DNA from: Octopus vulgaris
Lineage: Eukaryota
Length of the DNA stretch: 64,000 nt
Assembly (NCBI GenBank): GCA_951406725.2
Contig: OX597814.1
Coordinates: 2,852,001 to 2,916,000, forward strand
Direction of reading: 5' to 3'
Part shown: one piece after another, positions 52,840-64,000 of the stretch
Numbering within the stretch: position 1 is the first letter of the stretch
Layout of the letters: each line of letters starts with the position of its first letter
Translations under genes and position numbers: made by a program
The notes under the pieces: generated by a model
What the model was told of the DNA's origin: nothing
What the model saw: the letters and a program-made list of their open reading frames with translations, nothing else
Database searches by the model: none

Positions 52840-53127
52840 TGTATGTATGTATGTATGTATGTATGTATGTATGTATGAGCCTATGTGTGTATACAAATGC
52901 TTCTAGATCCATAAATATTTACATAATGCATGCATATACACGGATGCACGCATATACATGTTCTTAGGCACACAAACACACATACGGATAGAAGCACGTA
53001 TACATACCATGCCCATCATGTTCGACAGTAATGCATATGATAACATACCTAATTGTAAATATAATTGAATATATGCATACACACACACACACACATACAT
53101 ATATATATATGATTTTGATTTTGATTT

Positions 53128-53169
53128 TTCCAGTTTCAGCTAATGAGCTGTGGCCATGCTGGGGCACCG

Positions 53170-53170
<1 letters not shown>
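53128..53170 (-). mobile_element. Isolated retroposon tail (ggtgccccagcatggccacagct...gctgaaac)
   Basis: Same tail at 761-815 (+); related to the SINE A tail. Confidence 0.55.
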
Positions 53171-53255
<85 letters not shown>

Positions 53256-53499
53256 GTGTCTACATACAGTTCTGATATAAGCAAAATTAGTCATTTACTT
53301 GCATATTACATATAATAACATTAAGTTACACACTCACACATACACACACAAACATATATTTATATTCATATACATACATTTATTTATGCAATTCTACCAA
53401 CCAATTTCCCTCTCTCTTTTTCCCCCCTCTCTTTTTCCCCCCTCTCTCCCCTCCCTCTTCTTACACAGAAACACGCATATATAAGTACGTAAATGTCGA

Positions 53500-54632
53500 A
53501 CGATGAAAATGAGTGCTCAACACCGTATTGGTGAATAGAATTTTTCTGTTTGTGAATTCAGTCTACCATTGGTTTCATGTTAAGAGAAATAGGAAAATAT
53601 CTTAATATCTTAACAAGTCCTCAAGCCAATCACATGCAGGAATATCGTCTCGTTGAATTCGCGGAGATTCTCTTAAGAAAACAATAAATCAAGGGGCGAT
53701 ACCCCAAGATGTCATCTTTTTGGATGGCTATCTCCGTTGGATTTGACCTTTGGGAAAACAGTCGAGTCGAATAGTAAATTTGTTGGCAATTATCTTAATT
53801 TCTGGGTGTACGTGATGTTCGTATGCTTGTGTGCTGCAGTAGTTCGTCATGGGGTAATATTTCTTCTGTGTGTGGAGTTCGTGTATTATGTATATTCAAA
53901 TTTCACGTTCAGAAAAAGGGGCTATCCCTGTGGGATTTGAGGCGTAGGAAGTGGTTCCTTTTTGAAGTGTTTAAGTGTGAAATATTGATTCTGTATGCAG
54001 TGAGACAAAATTTCATCTTTGATATTTAGAATGTTATTTATTGACTGTATGATATTTAGTTTTTCAATGATACAGAGTTCGCATTTTGTACCCCGTCCTC
54101 TATTTACTTTAGTAATGATGTTCCATTTTATCTGGGGATTACTTATTCCACCTTCTGTCAATGTCCATATCATATCGGATATGGATGTTGCGTTTTTTTT
54201 TATCTTTGTCTCTGAATGACGCCAGGTGTTGTGTGTAGCCTTCTTTGAACGGGTTGCCCGTCATTCCAATAAACGTATTTGCTACGCCTTTAGGATACAT
54301 GATCTTGGCCTTGTATACAAATTCTTTTTCGGGACAGTAATTCTTTAGGAGGCAACGGTTTGGAAATCTGAAGTTGCATTATCTTTGGAGGGGGGGTCTC
54401 TGGTGTGTTTATTTTTATTGTGATTTAGTATGTTTTACCCTATATTGGGGAGGCAGCTATAGCAAACTTTAACAGTGTTTCTTGTGGTGTTTGTGTGAAT
54501 GTGGGAAGTGATTGTCAAATAATTTTAAGGATTTCCTATGTTAGCGGCTGCATTCGTGCTATAAAGTGGATTAAACCATCAGATTTTCTTCTGTCGGCGT
54601 CTTTTGGATCCATTTGTATTTGGTTCAACGTA
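53500..54632 (-). mobile_element. Penelope-like element: linker, GIY-YIG endonuclease remnant and 3' region
   Basis: WFNPLYSTNAAANIG, TVKVCYSCLPNIG, CNFRFPNRCLLKNYC, VYKAKI, HLASFRD, SDMIWTL, IKWNII, CELCIIEKLNI, LNIKDEILSHC. Confidence 0.85.
53561..53627 (-). ncRNA. Hammerhead motif downstream of the PLE coding remnant
   Basis: Minus strand reads ggc-TTGAGGA-ct-tgttaaga-(22 nt)-tcttaaca-t-GAAA-ccaatgg-TA-gac; stem I is imperfect. Confidence 0.55.
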
Positions 54633-55044
54633 GGCTGTGTGGTAAGTAGCTTGCTTACGAACCAAATGGTTCCGGGTGTAGTCCCATTGCGTGGTACCTT
54701 GGGGAAGTGTCTTCTGCTATAGCCTCGGTCTGACCAAAGCCTTGTGAGTGGACTTGGTAGACGGAAACTGAAAGAAGCCCGTCGTATATATGTATATATA
54801 TACGTATGTGTGTGCATATGTTTGCGTGTCTGTGTTTGTCCCCCCAATATCGCTTGACAACCGATGCTGGTGTATTTACGTCCCCGTAACTTAACGGTTC
54901 GGCAAAAGAGACCAATAGAATAAGTACTAGGCTTACAAAGAATAAGTCCTGGGGGTCGATTTGCTCAACAAAAGGCGATGCTCCAGCATGGCCATAGTCA
55001 AATGACTGAAACAAATAAAAGTAAAGAGTAAAGAGTAAAGAGTA
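54633..55044 (+). mobile_element. SINE family A
   Basis: ggctgtgtggtaagtagc head to the (aaagagt)n tail. Confidence 0.92.
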
Positions 55045-55118
55045 ATTAAAATAACTAAGACGTGGTTAGAGAGGTTCATTTATATATAGCAACCCATTCC
55101 CACCCACCCCACACATGC

Positions 55119-55155
<37 letters not shown>

Positions 55156-55469
55156 AGCATGTCCGTATGTACATATCCATGTATGTTGTTATACGCATGC
55201 AGCTACATCTATATAGAAGTACTTTTATACGCAGGGTTTTTTTTTGTGTGTGGTTTTATGTGTGGGTACAATTTATATTCATATCAGATTTGGTTGTATA
55301 CACACGTATCCTCATATAATATATGTACATGCGTGCAACTAAACATTGGTGTCTATATTATAAATATTCAAATACATACACGAATATACATAAATATACA
55401 CATTCCTTGACATGCATTATACTCTCATACACACACACACACACACACATACATATATACATATATATA

Positions 55470-55583
55470 TATACAAATATATATATATATGCCATATGTT
55501 TGTATATAGTTACATATATGCATATATCTGCACACATAAACATATATATATATATCTATATATATATATACGTATGTGTATAT

Positions 55584-55637
<54 letters not shown>

Positions 55638-55736
55638 GCCATATGTTTGTATATAGTTACATATATGCATATATATGTACACATAAACATATCTATATAT
55701 CTATATATATCTATATATATATACGTATGTGTATAT

Positions 55737-55770
<34 letters not shown>
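55470..55770. repeat. About 147-bp tandem duplication of TA-rich sequence
   Basis: gccatatgtttgtatatagttacatatatgcatat occurs at 55491 and 55638. Confidence 0.85.
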
Positions 55771-55808
<38 letters not shown>

Positions 55809-56599
55809 CTATACACACATATATATATAAACATTGGTATGTATAAGTTATCGGAAAATAATTCTCTCTTCGGGCCATGCTCATGACATGAGTGGGTTGA
55901 CGTATGAATCCGGTGATGTTGGTGTGTTTGTCGTGATGATGGCTGCGGTGGTAGCAGTGGGGTATCTGGTGGTGGTGGTGGGTTGTTACATAGATGCTGT
56001 AAATGAGAGTGGAGAGTTAAGCTGTGATGTATTGCGGATGCTGGCATATAAACAGCATCTGCATTCTGGCCCGTTGCAGCGCCGTGGCTGTTTATTTACG
56101 GTGGAAAACCACATATTTCCATACACAACTTGACACCATTGACACACAAACACAAGAAATATCTATAGAATCGCAGTTATAAACAACTCTCACACATCTC
56201 TGGGACGAATTTCCGAAATATGATATGGACAGAAATAATGAAGAGAGAGACTGGGAGAGAAAACCTCGAGAGATAGATATAGAGAGAGAGGGAGGCAGAG
56301 AGGAAGGGAGAGTGAGTGAATAGTTAGAAAAGGAAAATGATTGTACAACTGTAAAATAGTGTGTACGAAGCAGTTATGCCCAATGTGTGCCATATGGGCG
56401 AGATGAGTGTCACATTTAATGCTTAGTGTGTCACGACGACATTTATATATCCGTAAATCAAAATGGCCGATATAAATGTAGTTTGCATGACTGGGTGATC
56501 GATATGTGGATTTCTTCAGGTATGATTTATATCGTATAGAAAGAGGAGAAGGTAGAGCAAAGAAGATATAAAGCGAATGAACATTAGAGGGGCAGGGTA

Positions 56600-56885
56600 A
56601 TTGCATATTTGGAGTATGAGGTCAAGCGATCCACCCGTTTGGTAAAATCTCATCAAGGTGGGCCTTTGTATCACTGTGGTAATGTAGGAAGGCACCATCT
56701 TGTTGGGAATAAAGCTCCCCTTCTACGAAGTTCCCTTGCGTGTTTGGAGCGACAGATTGTCGTGGCAAGTTCAAATCAACGGGATTTGTTTGAATACTGT
56801 CAAAAAAAAAAAAGGGGGGGACGGTTTGTTTAATCCTTTTCATGATTCGCCACACCGCACTATAACTCCTTGTAAAGTAACATGA
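56600..56885 (-). mobile_element. Decayed Tc1/mariner-superfamily transposase fragment
   Basis: ELYSQQDGAFLHYHSDTKAHLDEILPNGWI, preceded by GVIVRCG and PFFFFD. Confidence 0.6.
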
Positions 56886-56989
56886 TGTGCCACCATGATA
56901 TGTGCTACCTCAGGTCCCCAGGAGGCGCAAATGTGGCGGTGAATTGAGCAATTTACCGTATTTGTATCTTTTATCTTTTATCGTTTAAT

Positions 56990-57197
56990 CTTTTACTTGT
57001 TTCAGTCATTTGACTGCGGCCATGCTGGAGCACCACCTTTAATCGAGCAACTCGACCCCGGGACTTATTCTTTTGTAAGCCCAGTACTTATTCTATCGGT
57101 CGCTTTTGCCGAACCGCTAAGTAACGGGGACATAAACACACCATCGGTTGTCAAGCAATGCTAGGGGGACAAGCACAGACACACGCACACACACACG

Positions 57198-57243
<46 letters not shown>

Positions 57244-57410
57244 TACGACGGGCTTCTTTCAGTTTCCGTCTACCAAATCCACTCACAAGGCTTTGGTCGG
57301 CCCGAGGCTATAGTAGAAGACACTTGCCCAAGGTGCCACGCAGTGGGACTGAACCCGGAACCATGTGGCTGATTAGCAAGCTACTTACCACACAGCCACT
57401 CCTGGGCCTA
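56990..57410 (-). mobile_element. SINE family A, full length
   Basis: Reverse complement of the family consensus. Confidence 0.93.
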
Positions 57411-57583
57411 TGAAAGTAGCTGCATTTGTATTGTTCTATGTAGCAAAAAATTGCCTTGCGACAAATGCAACCGCACCACAGATGAAAGACTGAATGTCAT
57501 TTACAAAAGAACTGAAGGACGATAAGTCCACTATGCACAAAAATTATTATTGATAATAAAAAATTAAAACAATCCATAATATT

Positions 57584-57972
57584 GGAATGGAAGCACTCCG
57601 TCGGTTACGACGACAAGGGTTCCGGTTGATCCGAATCAACGGAACAGCCTGCTCGTGAAATTAACGTGTAAGTGGCTGAGCACTCCACAGACACGTGTAC
57701 CCTTAACGTAGTTCTCGGGGATATTCAGCGTGACACAGAGAGTGACAAGGCCGGCCCTTTGAAATACAGGTACAACAGAAACAGGAAGTAAGAGTGAGAG
57801 AAAGTTGTGGTGAAAGAGTACAGCAGGGATCATCACCATCCCTGCCGGAGCCTCGTGGAGCTTTTAGGTGTTTTCGCTCAATAAACACTCACAACGCCCA
57901 GTCTGGGAATCGAAACTGCGATCCTACGACCGCGAGTCCGCTGTCCTAACCACTGGGCCATTGCGCCTCCAC
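57584..57972 (-). mobile_element. SINE family C, full length, 10-bp TSD
   Basis: TSD ccataatatt at 57574-57583 and 57973-57982. Confidence 0.95.
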
Positions 57973-58335
57973 CCATAATATTACAGTCTTTTAACAAAAG
58001 CTTACAAAATATTGCTTATGGTCTGCTGAAAGTGATGGGGTCTCATCATCTCATCAGTCTTCTTTCCCCAGCTAAACCTGACATTGTTTAATGACTGTGT
58101 CACCTTTAAGAAAAGTACTGGGGTCGATTCGTTAGACTAAAAATTCTTCAAGACCCTATACCCCAACATGGCCGCAGTATAATGACTGAAACAAATAAAA
58201 GATAAACAAAAATAAACATAAACGATAAAAAAAATAACATTCTTTACTATCTAAATGAAAATTTATCCTAGAAAGATATATATGTATATATATATACATA
58301 TATATTTGTGTGTGTATGTATGCATGTATGTATAC

Positions 58336-58392
<57 letters not shown>

Positions 58393-58433
58393 TATATAAA
58401 TATATATATATATATGTATATATATATACAGAT

Positions 58434-58476
<43 letters not shown>

Positions 58477-58550
58477 CATATATATAAATATATATATATA
58501 TACATATACATACATACATACATACATACGTACGTACATACATACATACA

Positions 58551-58626
<76 letters not shown>

Positions 58627-59134
58627 TATGTATATATAAAGGTCCAATTTTGTTTCATGCTGTGTCCCAATGATTCTGTATGCAGATTACCTGAAAGGTG
58701 CACATAGCATTGTGATATTCAACCATTTCTAAATTTCTTTAACTAGTTGGAAGTTCGGTTAATCGAAACCAAGTACCGGTCCATCATTGGTGCTGTTGTA
58801 TACTTTTGTACACATGCTTCAGAGTGTGTAGAATAATGTGGTGTTGTATAGGTGCATGAGTGTATATATGCGTGTGAGAATATGTGTGTATGTGTGTATG
58901 TGTGTGTATAAGACTGGATAAACAAGTACACACCAGCAAATATTCATAATTCATAACTGTACACACACACACACACATACACATACACAAACATGTATAT
59001 CAACATATTGGTAATTATAACACTTCGAATATATGCATATATATATACATATATATATATATGGGTGTGTGTAGTTGAATGCTTAAGCATATGTACACAT
59101 TACATATATATATGATTATACATGTGTGCGTATG

Positions 59135-59216
<82 letters not shown>

Positions 59217-59343
59217 TGTATGTGTGTGTGGTGATATATTCTTAACTTAGCATTTGTTGGGAATGTGTTACCATTATCAGATCCATCAGAAAGAGATTTC
59301 GGAACCGAATCAATAATGAATTCTCACAACATTCCTTTTTGAT

Positions 59344-59391
<48 letters not shown>

Positions 59392-59711
59392 TAAAATTAA
59401 CACACATTTGCGCGCACACACACACACACACATGTAAACTTACAAAAATTCACATATATGCGCATATACGCATATTAACACATACTAACACACAACACCA
59501 CCACCAACATCAACGACAACTGCAACAACTTCAGTACAAGAACACCAACAATATCAACAACAACCGCTACGACAACAAGAAGAAGCAGAAGAATATAAGA
59601 AAATCTGGAGAGCAATGTTAATTAATTCCAAAGTATTTTGAGAGGCACTAGCCCTTTAATTATTTCATATCCTATATTAATTAACTCGCGATAACAACAA
59701 AAATAACAAAT

Positions 59712-59753
59712 GTAATGATAATAATAATAATAATAATAAATAATGATAATAAT

Positions 59754-59816
<63 letters not shown>

Positions 59817-59926
59817 AATGATAATGATAATAATAATGATGATAATAATAATAATGATAATAATAATAATGATAATTACAACAATGATAGTAATAATAAT
59901 TAGCATGAAACAACTTTATTTTAATG

Positions 59927-59994
<68 letters not shown>

Positions 59995-60027
59995 TTATTT
60001 TAAATAATGATGATGATAATAATAATA

Positions 60028-60101
<74 letters not shown>

Positions 60102-60237
60102 TATAATAATAATAATAATGATAATAATAATAATAATGATAATTACAACGATGATAGTAATAATAATTAGCATGAAACAACTTTATTTTAAATAATAATA
60201 ATAATAGTAGTAATTAATAATAATAATAATAATAATA

Positions 60238-60298
<61 letters not shown>

Positions 60299-60378
60299 TA
60301 ATAATAATAATAATAATAATAATGATAATAATAATGATAATTCATCGTCTTCATTTTCTTTTCATTATTATTATTATG

Positions 60379-60436
<58 letters not shown>

Positions 60437-60440
60437 TCAT
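59712..60440. repeat. (AAT/GAT)n field with a duplicated unique spacer, switching to (ATT)n
   Basis: gataattacaac(a/g)atgatagtaataataattagcatgaaacaactttattttaa at about 59871 and 60138. Confidence 0.9.
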
Positions 60441-60843
60441 TATCATCATCATCATTATTATCACTATTACAATAACAGCAACAACAATGATAACGATAAT
60501 GAGGAAAGCTGCAAACACACCAGAGCCAATAGGAACAGCCAAAACAACAACAACAACAGCAACAACAACAACAACAGAAAGAACCTGATATATAAAATAC
60601 ATACGAAAAATAATAATCATAAAAAAAAGGTGAAAAGGATATTAATTAATTGATTATAAGAATAAGTAAATCTGATTCGATCTGGGAGTAGATTAGGCCA
60701 GTGGTATTAGGTATATTGGAATTTAGCAGTTCTTTAAGACTAATCACCTTGATAATCTCTGTTTGCCAAGATATCAATCTCTCTAGGAGATCATTGATAA
60801 CATGGAATTAATTAGATTTCCATATTCTTCTCTCTTCTCTCTC

Positions 60844-60898
<55 letters not shown>

Positions 60899-60994
60899 AC
60901 TCTCTCCAAACCATATTTCATGTTGCCAGTATTTCGCCGATCGTCAGACATAGAAACGTTTATTGTATTATGTAATATGTATGTAGTTTTGATG

Positions 60995-61265
60995 CGGATG
61001 TATGTACATCTATGTATACAGATATGTATGTGTGTATGTATGTATGTATGTATATGTGTGTGTGTATGAATGTATGTATGTATATATATATGTATGTATG
61101 CATGTATGTATGTATGTATGTATGTATGTATATATGTATGTATGCATGCATGTATGTATGTATGTATGTATGTATGTATGTATGTATGTATGTATGTATG
61201 TATGTATGTGTGTATGTATGTTTGTATGTATGTATGTATATATGTATTATGTATGTATGTATATG
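60995..61265. repeat. (TATG)n microsatellite
   Basis: Direct reading. Confidence 0.9.
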
Positions 61266-62195
61266 CCTATATGTGTACAAATATGTGTTTAGCTATCTAC
61301 ATGATCACACACATGAATATATGCATCCCAATGTGTGAGTATACACACATACATACACGCACGCATATACATATATACATGTATATATACATATACACAT
61401 ACATATAAACAACATACATATATATATATATATACACACACACATGTATGTATGCATGTATGTATGTTTGTATGCATATATGTATGTATAAATGAATGTA
61501 TATATTCATGGATGTGTGTTTTAGATATAAGCTGTGTTTTTTTTTACTTTGCAGAGTTCAAGCCGGTCAGTAACGAAGCAACAAGATTCTTTTGTTTAAT
61601 CAAGAGACCACTTGGGTTTGTGATTATCTAAGATGGTTACTGTATGCGTGTATGTGTATGTATGTATGTATGTATGTATGTATGTATGTATGTATGTATG
61701 TATGTATGTATGTATGTATTTGTTGGTGTGCGTTTGTGTGTTTGCATGGTCCATATGTACGGTCGTGCGTGCGGAGGAATTTGCACGCAATATAGTGTAG
61801 ATGTGCACGTCACGTTATTACACAAGGAACTCAAGAAAATGATAACCAAGGAAGTTATACGCCAAAACAAATGTACAATGTTATTGAAAGTGCGCGCTCT
61901 TTTGTTGCGGTGTAGTGGGTACCTGTTAGTATAACTGATGGAGAGAAAATCAGCACCCGGTTTTTAATGCTACAAAAATATCGTCTGACGCTTTTTGAGA
62001 CGTTTCTGGTGCTGATAATATGAAACTGAGCTCTCTCTTGTGTATGACTCAGAAAATACAAGAACTTTCTAAATTCAGATAAGAAACTTGGGTGATGACC
62101 AGTTTTCTCCAAGAAGGGTTTATGAACTTGCTTTATCCAGCATCACTCTTTTTAAGGCACCAAGCAATTTTAGAAAACTTTAATATCAATATGAT

Positions 62196-62584
62196 GTGGT
62201 GGAAGCACTCCGTCGGTTACGACGACGAGGGTTCCGGTTGATCCGAATCAACGGAACAGCCTGCTCGTGAAATTAACGTGTAAGTGGCTGAGCACTCCAC
62301 AGACACGTGTACCCTTAACGTAGTTCTCGGGGATATTCAGCGTGACACAGAGAGTGACAAGGCCGGCCCTTTGAAATACAGGTAGAACAGAAACAGGAAG
62401 TAAGAGTGAGGGAAATTTGTGGTGAAAGAGTACAGCAGGGATCACCACCATCCCCTGCCGGAGCCTCGTAGAGCTTTAGGTGTTTTCGCTCAATAAACAC
62501 TCACAACGCCCGGTCTGGGAATCGAAACCGCGATCCTATGACCGCGAGTCCGCTGCCCTAACCACTGGGCCATTGCACCTCCAC
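62196..62584 (-). mobile_element. SINE family C, full length, 11-bp TSD
   Basis: TSD atcaatatgat at 62185-62195 and 62585-62595. Confidence 0.95.
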
Positions 62585-62604
62585 ATCAATATGATAGTAG
62601 TATG

Positions 62605-62790
62605 TTAGGCAGAATCGTTCGTACACCGAGCAAAATGCTTCTCGTTCGTCTTTACATTCTGGGTTCAAATTCCGCGAAGGTTTTCTATGCCTTTCATTTT
62701 CCCGGGATCGTTAAAATAAATTCCAGTCGAGCACTAGGATCGATTATACCCCTTCCTCGAAATTGCTGTCCTAATACCAAAATTTGAAAC
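62605..62790 (+). mobile_element. SINE family B, diverged
   Basis: ggcagaatcgtt ... gcaaaatgctt ... gggttcaaattccg ... gcctttcat. Confidence 0.6.
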
Positions 62791-63066
62791 CAATGACAGT
62801 AGCATAAAATCCAGAAGTTATTATCGCTCTTCAAGGCTGGATTCTAAGAAGTTCAAACCACATGAAAGTATCCAATTTGTTTGAATTTATTAGATAATGA
62901 TTTGTTTGATTTTCATGCAGCAAATTTTGAATATTGCTTGTCTGCAAAATATAAAATTCACAACAAGAATCATTTTGTTTAACTCCTAAACCACATTTCT
63001 GAAAAGCTTTTCAAAGACATCTTTACACTCACACATGTACATACACGCATAAATACACACACACAC

Positions 63067-63124
<58 letters not shown>

Positions 63125-63129
63125 GCGCA

Positions 63130-63375
63130 CAGGGAGTGCAAAAATAAGTATACAGTTATGGAAAAATATATATATGTTCAAAACTCGTATATTTTTATCA
63201 AAAAAATTAAAAGTCAGAATAAAAGTATTTTTATAAATTATGATAAATATATTATTCGGATAAATGACACGGAAAATATATAAAATGAGGCTAACTTTAA
63301 ATTTCTTTGATAAAAACTGACTATTGTAGTTTTCTATTTTTCACAACTGTATACCTACTTTTGCACCCGGTCCTG
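63130..63375. mobile_element. Non-autonomous Tc1/mariner-type MITE (related to 20863-21097)
   Basis: TIRs cagggagtgcaaaaataagtatacagtt and aactgtatacctacttttgcacccgg. Confidence 0.65.
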
Positions 63376-63384
63376 TATATGCGT

Positions 63385-63600
63385 GCTCCTTAGTGGTTAG
63401 GGTGTGGGTCGCATGATCATAAAATTGTGGTTTCGATTCCCCGACATGGTGATGCGTTGTGTTCTTGAGCAAAATATTTTATTTTTCCCGTTGCTCCAGT
63501 CCACTCAGCTGGCAAAAATGACCAATGCTACGACAGACCGGCGTCTTTCCCAGAGGAGCTAATTATATATACGCCACGAAAACCAGGAAACTGACCCTTA
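63385..63600 (+). mobile_element. SINE family D
   Basis: tagtggttaggg, ggtttcgattccc, gcgttgtgttcttgagcaaaa, gttgctccagtccactcagctggcaaaaatg. Confidence 0.65.
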
Positions 63601-63847
63601 TTAGTGTTGTATTCTTTAAATATCGTTTTGTTATGATGCACACTTTGGTACAGCAGTATAATTAGTAAGACCAGTAAAGACCACGACAATCTATAACCGA
63701 CTACTAGTCCTCTCTCCTTTTACAGACCGATGCGTCCCTATTTATAGCGACTAGCACATACCACTCATCACGTGGGAATGGTGTACTATTATTTCTATTA
63801 TCCCCACAGCAATAAGATCATAGGCCACGAGAAGGATACATTATCCT

Positions 63848-63896
<49 letters not shown>

Positions 63897-63906
<10 letters not shown>

Positions 63907-64000
63907 AAACTCTAGTTGTGTGAGTGTCTGTCCCCTTCGATTTAGATTCCTAACTCCTCCCACATTTTGCGGTATCTTATAGTCGTGATTCATATCGAGC
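63897..64000 (+). mobile_element. Possible Helitron-like 5' end, running off the window
   Basis: tatatatataaaact followed by gtgtgagtgtctgtc, as in Helitron-type 5' termini. The initial TC is not intact. Confidence 0.4.

Noticed and set aside
52404-52967. ORF with a signal-peptide-like N-terminus
   Set aside because: Starts at TTG and runs into CT-, CA- and TATG-repeat sequence; no supportable exon.

Overview
AT-rich, repeat-saturated eukaryotic non-coding DNA. The SINE families and microsatellite load point to a cephalopod (Octopus-like) genome; this is an inference. No host exon could be supported, and most ORF-track entries are microsatellite read-throughs. The window holds four tRNA-headed SINE families, one forming a 184-bp tandem array, and many R4/Dong-type RLE LINE fragments in (TAA)n tracts with fixed strand polarity. 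It also holds Tc1/mariner elements (DD37D-like, internally deleted DD34D, and a GC-rich DD34E Tc1 nested in a SINE), MITEs, Helitron ends and Penelope-like element (PLE) remnants. The least obvious signal is about nine minimal hammerhead-ribozyme motifs. Some are canonical CUGANGA/GAAA, some are U3-A8 covariant, some are decayed, and each family has its own palindromic stem III. Several lie in fold-back inverted repeats at (TA)n tracts, and one lies directly downstream of a PLE GIY-YIG coding remnant.
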